Sequence record: PV231353.1
Direction: 5' to 3' (one strand)
Length of the DNA stretch: 64,000 nt
Shown: positions 14,812-24,315 of the stretch, piece after piece
How positions within the stretch are numbered: the first letter of the stretch is position 1
Layout: the number at the start of each line of letters is the position of its first letter
Made by a program: the position numbers and the translations under genes
Notes under the pieces: model-generated
What the model saw: only the letters and a program-made list of their open reading frames with translations
Told to the model about the DNA's origin: nothing
Databases searched by the model: none

Positions 14812-16644
14812 ATGGCTGCATCGTTCTTCGCCGACTCCAACCGCGCGCGGATGCGCTACATCAAGGAGAACAACGTTGTCTGGGGCGTGACCCCCGCCAG
14901 CGGCGTCTCCCGTGAACTGCGGTACACCGGCTCCACCGTCAACGCCCAGAAGGACACGACCCTCTCGGAAGAAATCCGTGCTGACCGCATGGTGTCCGAG
15001 ATCGTCGAGGTCGCCGCGCGCACGACGGGCGAAATCAACATCGAATTCTCGGCCGGCTCGCACGACGACCTGCTGGAAGCCTTCATGTACGGCGCCTGGA
15101 CGCGCCCGATGACCTTCGACTCGGTCCAAGGCGTCTCGCTCGAATGGGCCGACACCGACACCCTGTACGTCAAGGGCAAGAACGTCACGCCCTACTTCTT
15201 CGCCGGCCGCCGCGTCCGTACCCAGGGCTTCATCAACGTCGCCAACAACGGCTACTGGCAGATCGACACGATCACCTTCAACGCCGGCGCCAACCGCACC
15301 GAGATCAACATGTCGACGTCGACCGCTGTCGCTGAGCGCGGCACGGCCTACTCGGCGCTCTACGACGCCAACGACGTCATCGTGCTGAACAACACCGCCA
15401 TCCGCGCCGGCACCGGCGGCGAGGCGGCGTTCGACTCCAACGGCACCAACGCCTTCGCTGCGGCGATCGCGGCGGGCCAACTGTCGGTCGGCCAGAAGAT
15501 TTTCGTCGAAGGCCTGGGCTTTGAGACCGGCACGGTCGTCCTGGCTGGTCTGCCGACCGCCGGCGCCCGCGTCCAGATCAGCGACGGCGTCAAGACGGTT
15601 CCCTTCCAGTTCGGCGGTTCGGCGGCTCAGCCGACCGTGGTCGTCGCCCTGGGCGCCGACGAGACGGAGACCGCTCAGAACCTCGCCGACGCGATCAACA
15701 AGCTGCGCGTGCGCAAGCAACTGGAAGTCGGGGCCTCGGCCGCGACCGGCACCGTGACCCTGCGCAACCTGCTGGTCACCGGCGGCTCGATCATCGAGAC
15801 CGTGGCCGACGCCAACGTCACCGTGACCAACTTCTCGGGCGGCGACGCCTCGCTGCGCGGCGTGTTCACGATCGAAGCGCTGACCGACGACAAGATCACC
15901 GTCAACCCGGCGCCCGCGACCCTGGCCAACACGACGGCTAAGGTCAACATCAAGGGCTCGATGCTCCGTAACCCGTTCGACCCGGACGTGATCACGGCGC
16001 AGTCGTTCACCTTCGAGACCGGCTTCGAGGACGTCGACCAATACTACCTCGCCGACGGCATGCGGATCGGCACGGTCGCGCTGAACATCGCGGCCAACTC
16101 GATCCTGACGGGCTCGTTCGGTCTGCAAGGCCGCGCCTCGACCCGTCAGAACACCTCCAAGCTCGGCGAAGCGCCCTACACCGCGCTCCAGACGACCGCG
16201 ACGCCCGTGGCCAACGCCACCGTCAACGTCGGCAAGATCGCCATGAACGGCGAAGAACTGTCGACCGCCGTGCAGTCGATCGCCATCAACGGCACGAACA
16301 ACCTGCGTGACCAGATGGCCGTGGGCTACAAGTTCCCCGCCGGCATCGGCGCGGGCCGCATGGAAATCTCCGGCTCGCTGGTCGCCTACTTCGCCGACGG
16401 CAACCTGTGGGACAAGTTCATCAACCACGAGACCGTCTCGGTGAGCTTCCCGCTGACCGACGTGCTGGGCAACCACTACGAGTTCACGATCCCGGCGGCG
16501 AACTTCTCGACCGACACCGTGAACCCGGCCGGCGGCAACCAGGACATCATGGAGAACCTGGAATACACCGCCAAGCGCGACCCGGTCACCGACTGCCAGT
16601 TCCAGATCGACCGCTACTCCTCGATCTTCGCGAACACGAACTAA
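14812..16644 (+). CDS. Major tail tube protein with inserted domain
   Basis: MAASFFADSNRARMRY, SEEIRADR and G.I..E.S motifs of phage tail-tube proteins; followed by chaperone and TMP. Confidence 0.9.
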   Translation: MAASFFADSNRARMRYIKENNVVWGVTPASGVSRELRYTGSTVNAQKDTTLSEEIRADRMVSEIVEVAARTTGEINIEFSAGSHDDLLEAFMYGAWTRPMTFDSVQGVSLEWADTDTLYVKGKNVTPYFFAGRRVRTQGFINVANNGYWQIDTITFNAGANRTEINMSTSTAVAERGTAYSALYDANDVIVLNNTAIRAGTGGEAAFDSNGTNAFAAAIAAGQLSVGQKIFVEGLGFETGTVVLAGLPTAGARVQISDGVKTVPFQFGGSAAQPTVVVALGADETETAQNLADAINKLRVRKQLEVGASAATGTVTLRNLLVTGGSIIETVADANVTVTNFSGGDASLRGVFTIEALTDDKITVNPAPATLANTTAKVNIKGSMLRNPFDPDVITAQSFTFETGFEDVDQYYLADGMRIGTVALNIAANSILTGSFGLQGRASTRQNTSKLGEAPYTALQTTATPVANATVNVGKIAMNGEELSTAVQSIAINGTNNLRDQMAVGYKFPAGIGAGRMEISGSLVAYFADGNLWDKFINHETVSVSFPLTDVLGNHYEFTIPAANFSTDTVNPAGGNQDIMENLEYTAKRDPVTDCQFQIDRYSSIFANTN

Positions 16645-16794
16645 GGGCTTAGTCACGATTCCCCCGAATCGTGACGGCCCCACCCGCTTCCCCCGATAGA
16701 CCAAAGTCCCCAGGACAGAAGTCTCAGCGCTGAGCAGGGCCGCCCGGAAATCGGGGCCGGGCGGCCCACCCTCCCCGATACGGAATCCCCGAAC

Positions 16795-17223
16795 ATGACC
16801 GACAAGATCAAGATCGACATGCTGGACCTCTTCTCGACCGATCGCGAGTCGGAAGAAGCGGGCGTCTGGATTTACCTGGACGAGGCCGAGCAGACCGGTT
16901 TCAAGATTCGCGCCCTGGGCGCCAAGGCGGTCCTCGACCTGCGCGAGGAACTGACCAAGAAGTACCAGTCTCTGATCCGCGCGGGCGGCAAGCTCCCGGA
17001 CGAGAAGGTCGAGGAAATCAACCTGAAGGTCATCGCCGGCGGCGTGCTGGCGGACTGGAAGGGCATCATCGTCGGCGGCGAGGAAATCCCCTACAGCGCC
17101 GAGGCGGCCTACACGGTCCTGAGCAACCCGAAGCTGGGCAAGATGTCCGCCTTCATCGCCCAGCACTCGATGGACGCCCAGAACTATCGCGACGACGCCC
17201 GTGAGGACGCCGCAAAAAACTAA
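16795..17223 (+). CDS. Tail assembly chaperone (gpG-like)
   Basis: Between major tail and TMP; ends GCA AAA AAC TAA. Confidence 0.9.
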   Translation: MTDKIKIDMLDLFSTDRESEEAGVWIYLDEAEQTGFKIRALGAKAVLDLREELTKKYQSLIRAGGKLPDEKVEEINLKVIAGGVLADWKGIIVGGEEIPYSAEAAYTVLSNPKLGKMSAFIAQHSMDAQNYRDDAREDAAKN

Positions 17224-17690
17224 CGGCGGCTCTGGAGTTCACGCTCAGCCAGAAGCACGGGGGCAGCGGGCGCGTCAAGTCGGCGGCCCGCGCCCCCAAT
17301 GCTGAATCGCCTGACGACTGGCTGGCGCGGATCAAGGCTCAGAACTCCGCTCCTCCGCCGAGCGCGGACGACGAGTTCGACCTGAACGCAGAGCCGAAGG
17401 GGATTGAGCCCTATCCGGACCTTCTGTGGGTCTGGGACGGTTTCTGGCGCCTCTCGAACAAACGCCCCAACGGCATGTCCGGCCCGATGCGGATTCCGAC
17501 CTCGGAGATCGAGGCCTTCACCCGCATCCGGCGCTGGGACTACGCCAAGAGCAACGAATTCCTGTTCTACGTCGACATGATGGACGAGGTCTACATGGCC
17601 CACGTCGCCAAGGTCCTCGAAGAGCAGGAGCGCCAGCGAGAAACCGCCGCCAACAAGCCCCCGATCCACAATAAGCGGGGCCGCCGATAG
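17214..17690 (+). CDS. -1 frameshift extension of the chaperone (gpGT-like)
   Basis: Slippery AAAAAAC at 17214-17220; the -1 frame is open to TAG 17690 (includes track ORF 17475..17690). Confidence 0.85.
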   Translation, partial: KKLTAALEFTLSQKHGGSGRVKSAARAPNAESPDDWLARIKAQNSAPPPSADDEFDLNAEPKGIEPYPDLLWVWDGFWRLSNKRPNGMSGPMRIPTSEIEAFTRIRRWDYAKSNEFLFYVDMMDEVYMAHVAKVLEEQERQRETAANKPPIHNKRGRR

Positions 17691-17695
17691 GATCA

Positions 17696-20600
17696 ATGGA
17701 CAGCGAAGCCCTCAAGCTTAAGATCGATTCCTCGCAAGCGCGTACCGACCTGGACGCGCTTGCGAAGTCCCTCGACCGCGCGTCCAAGGCCGCCGGCTCC
17801 ATGCAGTCGAACCTCGCCAAGGGGGTCGACAAGTCCAACGAGGCCCTGTCGCGCGGGGCCAAGAACATCGAGAAGTTCGCCCGCGTCACGGCGGAACTCT
17901 CGAAGGTCAAGCTGTCCGGCGACCCGGCCAAGCAACTCACCGAATTCGCTAACGCCGTCTCGGCCGTGGCGCGCGCGCGCGAGATCAGCGCCGCCAAGCT
18001 CAATGGCCTGTCGAAGTTCGTCCAGGTCGGCGCGGCTATCTCCAAGCTGCGGTTCACCGGCGAGTCCTTCTCGGGCCTGCACGCCCTGACCCAGGCGATG
18101 GACGAGGCCGGCCGCGCCCGCGCCGTCAGCGCCGCCAAGCTCAAGTCGTTCGTCGACTACATGGAAGTCGCCGCGCGCGCCTCGCGCCTGCGCTTCTCCT
18201 CCCAGACCTCCGAAGCCCTGAAGTCCCTGGCCAGCGCCATGGACGCGGTCGCGCGCTCGCGCGTGGTCAGCCCTCAGAAGCTGGCGGCCTTCAAGGAACT
18301 CTTCGCCACCCTGGCCACCGCCAAGGGCGTGCCGAACGCCGGCGCGATCGCCCGCGACCTCGACACCATCGCCGGGGCCGCCTCGCGCGCCGCCAAGGCC
18401 ATGGCGGAACTCAAGGGCGCGCGCTCGGGCATGGGCTCGATGCGCGCCTCGGGCGGCTCCGGAGGCGGCGGAGGCATCGCTTCGGGCGCGTCCTCCAACG
18501 TCAAGCGCTTCAACGAGGAAGTCGCCAAGGTCAAGGGCCATACCGACAACGCCGCCAAGGGCGTCGACGGCCTGGGCAAGGGCCTGGGTTTCCTGACCGG
18601 CCGCTTCAACCTGTCTTATCAGGCGGGTACGCTGTTCTCGGCGCTGTTCTCGTCCTTCACCTTCGGCCAACTGGTCAAGGGCATCTACGACACCACGGTC
18701 TCGTTCCAGAAGCTGAACAAGGCCATGCTGTTCGTCACCGGCACCTATGCCGGCGCGCACAAGGCGACCCAGGACTTCATCGACATCTCGGTGCAACTGG
18801 GCGCGTCCGTCGAAGACAACGCCGACGCCTATTCGCGCTTCGCCATCTCGTCGGCCGCCGCCGGCCTGAAGCTGAACGACGTCAACAAAATCTACCGGTC
18901 CACCCAACTTGCCCTGACCGCCGTCGGCGCCAACAGCGAGCAGGTCGGCTATGCCTTCTACGGCCTGTCGCAGGCCATGGCGAAGGGCAAGATTTCGTCC
19001 GAAGAATTCAACCGTCAGATCGGCGAGCAAATCCCCGGCAACGCCCAGGCGGGCGCGCGCGCCCTGTCCAAGCTGACCGGGCAGCAGAAGTCGGTCGCCG
19101 ACCTCTTTGACGAGATGCGCAAGGGCACGCTCCAGTCCGCGCCGTTCCTGAAGGCCTGGGCCGACGAGATCAACCGCATGTTCGCCCCGCTGCTGCCGGA
19201 GGCCGAAAAGCGTCCTGACTTCCAACTGGGCAAGCTGAAGACCGCCTTCTCCCTCTGGAAGGCGGAAGTGGGCCGGTCGCAGTTCATCGGCGCCCTGACC
19301 ACCCAGTTCAAGAAGCTCTCGGACATGTTGATCGTGATCGACGGGGATCACCAAGTCCTGACCGAGCGCGGGCGCAAGCTTGCCGAGTCGTTCGGCAAGG
19401 GACTGGCCCAGGCCGTCAACATCCTCGGCAACGCCCTGGCGTGGCTGGCGGACAACCTCGACAAGGTCGTCGCCGTGATCAAGGTGGTTGGCGCCCTGGC
19501 GATCGGCAACGAGTTCGCCAAGTGGGGCCGGCAGGTCGCGGCCTTCGCCGACAACATGCTGGGCGTCAAGCGGGCGATCGAGGAAGTCTCGGCCGCCGAG
19601 ACCGCCGCCTCGGGCAAGCGCGCGGTGACCTCCAAGGCCGGGGCGGTCAACGCCGTCTCGACCGTGGCGTCCGATCGCATGGCGATGGCGACCAACCGCA
19701 CCCGTAACGCGGTGATGGGCGGCACCTTCGTCGCCAATGCGGTGGCTCCGGCCGTGCGTCAGTCGCCGCAGTTCTCGCAACTCTCCTACCTGACCGGCAA
19801 CCCGACCTCGCCCACGCGGGGCGCGCCGACGTTCGGCCGTCGCCAGCCCTATACCGGCACCATGACCTTCGACGCGCGCCCGACGGGCCGGGCCGGCGGC
19901 ATGGGCGGCCTGTTCGCCGCCATGGGCTCGGGCGCGGCGACCGCCGCCACCGGAGCCTTCACGGGCCTGCGCAAGGCGCTCAACGTCCTGCCCGGCGTCG
20001 CCCTGGCTGGGGCCGTGGCCCTGGCGATCTTCGGCAACAGCATCACCAAGCTGAACGACAAGGCCGTCTCGTACAACAACATCGCCGCCGGCGCCCTGGG
20101 CACGGTGGGCGACGAGATCGGCAACGGCATGACCGGGCTGATCAACGGCATCCGGGGCCTGTTCGGCGCCGAGCAGAAGGCCCAGGGCACCGGCGACTGG
20201 CTGGTGGACCTCTCGGCGACGTTGATCGTCTTCGGTAAGGCCATCTTCACCCTGGCGACCACGCTCGGTAAAATCCTCGGCACGCTGATGGCCAATGTCA
20301 TCATCCCGTGGATCGAATTGGGTCAGAAGCTGGCGTCGGGCGATCTGAAGGGCGCGGCGGCCAAGTCCGGTGAAATCCTCATGGGTCAACTGGGCAAGGG
20401 TAACCGCGAGCGCTGGGCCGAACTGGGCAAGGAACTGGGCAAGGACTGGGGCAAGGCCCTGGACTACGCGGGCACGCGCCAGTCGATCGTCAACGGCGCC
20501 CTGAAGTCGGCGGCCGGCGACAGCGCCACCCCGCAGGGAGCCTCCGACAAATTGACCGAGGCGGCCCTGGCGCAGATGAAGGCCGCCGACCAGCAGGCCC

Positions 20601-23581
20601 TCGCCGCCGCCGACCTGAAGGACGCCACGGCGAACTTCAAGAAGGACCTGGAGCCGCTCAACTTCAACGACCTCTTCAAGCGCGCCTCGGCCCTGGCTGA
20701 TGGTAGCTTCGCACGCACCGCCGCCGCGTCCAAGCCGGGCGGCGTGATGGCGTCGCCGGCCGTGGCGACCCAACAGACCGCCGCCACCATCAAGACCGTC
20801 ATGGCCTCGATGGGCGATCGCGTGTACGCGACGGCTGGTCAGCACCTCGGACAGACCGAGGCCAAGGATGCGGCGTCGCTGCAAGCCTACTTCAAGGCCA
20901 ACGGCGTCACCATCGACCCCAAGAAGCTCTCCTGGTGCGCGGCCTTCGTCAACGCGGTCCTGGCCCAGAACGGGCTCTCGGGCTCGGGCTCGCTGGCGGC
21001 TTCGTCCTTCAAGGACTATGGCGACGAGGTCTCGCGCACTGACGCCCGCAAGGGCGACATCGTCGTCCTCAAGCCCCAGGCGGCGGGCGCCACCGGTCAC
21101 GTCGGCTTCCTCGACGGCTTTGACCGTCACGGCAACGTGCGCGTCCTGGGCGGCAACCAAGGCGCGGCCGGCGGCGGCGGCGTCAACGTCTCGACCTTCG
21201 CCTCCAATCAGGTCGTCTCCTTCCGTCGCACGGGCAGCGGCGGGGCCTCCAACTTCCAGGGCGGCGGCATCACCGAGGCCCAGGGCGAAGAAGGCGGTTC
21301 GCTGTACGAACGTCGGATGAATATGGTCAAGGCGCTTGGCACGATCACGGGCCAAGCCTCGCCTGCTGCCGACGCCATTTCTGAGTATCAATCGTCTCTC
21401 GAAAAGCTCCGTGACGTCCTGGTGTTCGAAGAAGGACTGGCTAAGAAGGTGGGTCCGGAGTTCCAGTCCATCTTCAACGCCAAGGTCCTGGAAGAGACGG
21501 TCGCCGCCCAGAAGAAGTGGAACCGCTCGATCGTCGAGGCGCTCAACCCGATCGCCAAGGAATCCCGGACCCTGGCCGAGGCCAACGACGTTCTGCAACT
21601 GCGCGCCAAGGGCCTGTCGCAGGAAGCCGACTGGCAAGAGCGCCTGACCGAACTGCGCAACTCCGGCATCAATGTCGACCTGATGCAGGACGAGGCCAAG
21701 TGGACCCAGTACCTGAACGAGTTGAAGAAGCAGGGCCTGGAGATCGACGTCAAGGCCCTGCAACTGAAGCCGGACGAACTGCGCTACCAGCAGGGCCGCG
21801 CCGAGGCGCTCCAGGCTGAACTCGACCTGACCAAGGCGCTGAACGACGCCAAGCTGGCGGGCATCGCCCGCACCGGTTCCAGCTATGACCGCACCCTGTC
21901 GGGCCTCGTCGCCGGCAAGGGCCGCGACGGCGAGACGCTCGACCAGACCCGTCAGCGTCTGGCGGGCTCGGTCGGCAGCGACGGCCGCAGCGCGCTGGAA
22001 GCCCTGCAAGAGCAGGCCGGCGTGATGGAAGGCTCGCGCATGGCCGACGTCAAGGCCAGCATGCAGTCGCAGCTTGAGATCATGCGCGAGAGCGCGCGCC
22101 TCAACAACACCCAGCGCGGCATCTACGACGACTACCGCAATATCCTGGGCGAACTGCTGAACAAGCAGGGCGCCTCGCTGAAGGAATTGCTGGACTCGGC
22201 CGACGAGGAGACCAAGCGTCTCGCCCAGTCGTTCGTCCGCGCCAAGGCGGACTTCGAAAACCCGCCCGGCTTCCAGAAGTGGGCCGACTCCCTGGAGCCG
22301 CTGGACAAGCGCCTCCAGGACATCAAGGCCAACTTCCTCGACAACTTCTCCGGCGGCATCACCGATGCGCTGCTGGGTGAGAAGGTCGACTGGAAGGCGA
22401 TGCTGCACGATACCTTCAAGCAGATGCTGCGCGCCCAGGTCGATGAGGGTCTGAAGAGCCTCACCTACAAGCTGCTCGGCCAAGGTGGCGACCAGGGCGC
22501 GGCCCAAACCCCCGAAGCCCAGGCGCTAGTCTCGGCGGCCGATGTCCAATTGCAAGCCGGCAACAGCCTGCAACAAGCCGCCGCCAGCCTGATGCAGGCG
22601 GCTCAGACCACCGCGACCGCCGGCGCGGGCGGCGGCCTGGGCGTGATGACGGGCGGACCCGCGATGGGCGGCCTGGGCGGTCTCCTGGGCGGTGGCGGCG
22701 CCATGGGTGGCGGTGGCGGCCTCGGCGCGCTCGCCGGCGTCCTGGGCGGCGGCGATGGCACGGCGACCAACCCCTTCTCGATCGCCGACTCGATCCTCTC
22801 GCCGCTGGTCGTCGACCAAACGGGCGGACCGGGCTTCCAGGCGGCGGGCGCGGCGCTCCAGGGGCTGAACATCACCCCGCCGGGTGGCGGCGGCTTCCTG
22901 TCGGGCCTGGGCTCGATGTTCCAAGGCGGCCTGGGCTCGATGCTGCAAGGCGCCCTGAGCTTCGCCGGTCCGCTGCTGGGCGGCCTGCTGACGGGCGGCA
23001 AGAAGAGCCCCAAGACGCCGGCGAGCTACCGCATGCCGGGCGGCGTCATCGGTCAGGCGAGCACCAACAGCGTCTCGGGCCGCGTGGTTGGCCCCAAGCA
23101 AAACCTGATCGGCTCTCTGGCGAACCTGGGCTTCCAGTTGTTCGCGGGCGGCATGGGCGGCGGCGGCGGCCTGATGAGCATGTTCGGCATGGGCGGCGCT
23201 GGCGGCGCGGGAAGCTTCATTGGCTTCAAGGAAGGCGGCCTGACGGGCGCGCCGGTCAACCGTTATACCGTCTCCTCGCTGGGCTCGATGTTCGCCAACG
23301 CTCCGCACTATGCCGAGGGCACCAGCAACACCAAGCTGGCCAATGGCGGCATGCCGGCGATCGTCCACCCGGACGAGGCGGTGATCCCGCTGTCGCGTGG
23401 CCGCAACGTCCCGGTGGAACTGAAGGGCGCCGGCGGCGGAAGCTCGACCACCGTGGTCTCGCCGATCACCGTCTACGCCAACGACGTCGACAGCTTCCGC
23501 CCGGCCCAGGCGCAGATCGCCCGCAAGCAGAACCGCACCCTGCGCCGCGCGGCCTTGCGCAACGCCTCGATGGTCAACTAG
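17696..23581 (+). CDS. Tape measure protein with internal NlpC/CHAP-like peptidoglycan-hydrolase domain
   Basis: 1961 aa; QAMAKGKISSEEF..QIGE tape-measure motif; WCAAFVN...GDIVV...GHVGF...VLGGNQ; C-terminal PAIVHPDEAVIP. Confidence 0.95.
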   Translation: MDSEALKLKIDSSQARTDLDALAKSLDRASKAAGSMQSNLAKGVDKSNEALSRGAKNIEKFARVTAELSKVKLSGDPAKQLTEFANAVSAVARAREISAAKLNGLSKFVQVGAAISKLRFTGESFSGLHALTQAMDEAGRARAVSAAKLKSFVDYMEVAARASRLRFSSQTSEALKSLASAMDAVARSRVVSPQKLAAFKELFATLATAKGVPNAGAIARDLDTIAGAASRAAKAMAELKGARSGMGSMRASGGSGGGGGIASGASSNVKRFNEEVAKVKGHTDNAAKGVDGLGKGLGFLTGRFNLSYQAGTLFSALFSSFTFGQLVKGIYDTTVSFQKLNKAMLFVTGTYAGAHKATQDFIDISVQLGASVEDNADAYSRFAISSAAAGLKLNDVNKIYRSTQLALTAVGANSEQVGYAFYGLSQAMAKGKISSEEFNRQIGEQIPGNAQAGARALSKLTGQQKSVADLFDEMRKGTLQSAPFLKAWADEINRMFAPLLPEAEKRPDFQLGKLKTAFSLWKAEVGRSQFIGALTTQFKKLSDMLIVIDGDHQVLTERGRKLAESFGKGLAQAVNILGNALAWLADNLDKVVAVIKVVGALAIGNEFAKWGRQVAAFADNMLGVKRAIEEVSAAETAASGKRAVTSKAGAVNAVSTVASDRMAMATNRTRNAVMGGTFVANAVAPAVRQSPQFSQLSYLTGNPTSPTRGAPTFGRRQPYTGTMTFDARPTGRAGGMGGLFAAMGSGAATAATGAFTGLRKALNVLPGVALAGAVALAIFGNSITKLNDKAVSYNNIAAGALGTVGDEIGNGMTGLINGIRGLFGAEQKAQGTGDWLVDLSATLIVFGKAIFTLATTLGKILGTLMANVIIPWIELGQKLASGDLKGAAAKSGEILMGQLGKGNRERWAELGKELGKDWGKALDYAGTRQSIVNGALKSAAGDSATPQGASDKLTEAALAQMKAADQQALAAADLKDATANFKKDLEPLNFNDLFKRASALADGSFARTAAASKPGGVMASPAVATQQTAATIKTVMASMGDRVYATAGQHLGQTEAKDAASLQAYFKANGVTIDPKKLSWCAAFVNAVLAQNGLSGSGSLAASSFKDYGDEVSRTDARKGDIVVLKPQAAGATGHVGFLDGFDRHGNVRVLGGNQGAAGGGGVNVSTFASNQVVSFRRTGSGGASNFQGGGITEAQGEEGGSLYERRMNMVKALGTITGQASPAADAISEYQSSLEKLRDVLVFEEGLAKKVGPEFQSIFNAKVLEETVAAQKKWNRSIVEALNPIAKESRTLAEANDVLQLRAKGLSQEADWQERLTELRNSGINVDLMQDEAKWTQYLNELKKQGLEIDVKALQLKPDELRYQQGRAEALQAELDLTKALNDAKLAGIARTGSSYDRTLSGLVAGKGRDGETLDQTRQRLAGSVGSDGRSALEALQEQAGVMEGSRMADVKASMQSQLEIMRESARLNNTQRGIYDDYRNILGELLNKQGASLKELLDSADEETKRLAQSFVRAKADFENPPGFQKWADSLEPLDKRLQDIKANFLDNFSGGITDALLGEKVDWKAMLHDTFKQMLRAQVDEGLKSLTYKLLGQGGDQGAAQTPEAQALVSAADVQLQAGNSLQQAAASLMQAAQTTATAGAGGGLGVMTGGPAMGGLGGLLGGGGAMGGGGGLGALAGVLGGGDGTATNPFSIADSILSPLVVDQTGGPGFQAAGAALQGLNITPPGGGGFLSGLGSMFQGGLGSMLQGALSFAGPLLGGLLTGGKKSPKTPASYRMPGGVIGQASTNSVSGRVVGPKQNLIGSLANLGFQLFAGGMGGGGGLMSMFGMGGAGGAGSFIGFKEGGLTGAPVNRYTVSSLGSMFANAPHYAEGTSNTKLANGGMPAIVHPDEAVIPLSRGRNVPVELKGAGGGSSTTVVSPITVYANDVDSFRPAQAQIARKQNRTLRRAALRNASMVN

Positions 23582-23596
23582 CTGTCACCCACGACA

Positions 23597-23611
23597 GTCG
23601 TGAATCTTGAC
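23597..23611 (+). promoter_or_regulatory. GTCGTGAATCTTGAC motif
   Basis: Perfect copy upstream of the distal-tail gene. Confidence 0.8.
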
Positions 23612-23664
23612 GTTCCTGGATGATCGTGGCATCCAGGGACACCTCCTTTCATGGTTAATGCCCG

Positions 23665-24315
23665 ATGCCGAGCTTCCACGACGTCCTGTTCCCCGAGACC
23701 ATCAGCTACGGCTCGTCCGGTGGTCCGAAGTTCAAGACCACGATCTTCCAGGCCGACAGCGGCTTTGAGCAGCGCAACAAGGACTGGAGCGACATCCGCT
23801 GCGAGTACGATGTCGCCCAGTCGATCCGCTCGACCGAGGACATGGACGAGCTTCGCGCCTTCTTCATGGCCCGCAACGGCCGCGCCCACGGTTTCCGCTA
23901 CAAGGACTGGGGCGACTTCCGCCTCAAGAACCAGTTGATCGGCGTCGGCGACGGCGTCACCAAGGTCTTCCAGATCGTCAAGACCTATACCAGCGTCGCC
24001 CACGACGGCACCGAGTACACCTACACCCGCACGATCCGCAAGCCCAAGTGGGACTCGATCGCCGGCGTCAAGGTCGGCGCCGTGGTTCAGGTCGCCCCGA
24101 CCAACTACGAGGTCGACTATTCGACCGGCCTGATGACCTTCGTCACCGCGCCGCCGGCCGACGCCCCGGTCACCATTGGCCTGGGCGAGTTCCACGTCCC
24201 CGTCCGCTTCGACACCGACTTCATGGACGTCACCCAGGAGTTCTGGATGCGCGAGACGTGGCCCAACATCCCGATCGTCGAAATCCGTGACTGGCAAGAG
24301 GCCCTGACGCCGTGA
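23665..24315 (+). CDS. Distal tail protein (DUF2460, GTA-like)
   Basis: FHDVLFP..ISYGSSGGP, FF.AR.GRA.GFR.KDW.D, F.VPVRFD motifs. Confidence 0.92.
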   Translation: MPSFHDVLFPETISYGSSGGPKFKTTIFQADSGFEQRNKDWSDIRCEYDVAQSIRSTEDMDELRAFFMARNGRAHGFRYKDWGDFRLKNQLIGVGDGVTKVFQIVKTYTSVAHDGTEYTYTRTIRKPKWDSIAGVKVGAVVQVAPTNYEVDYSTGLMTFVTAPPADAPVTIGLGEFHVPVRFDTDFMDVTQEFWMRETWPNIPIVEIRDWQEALTP

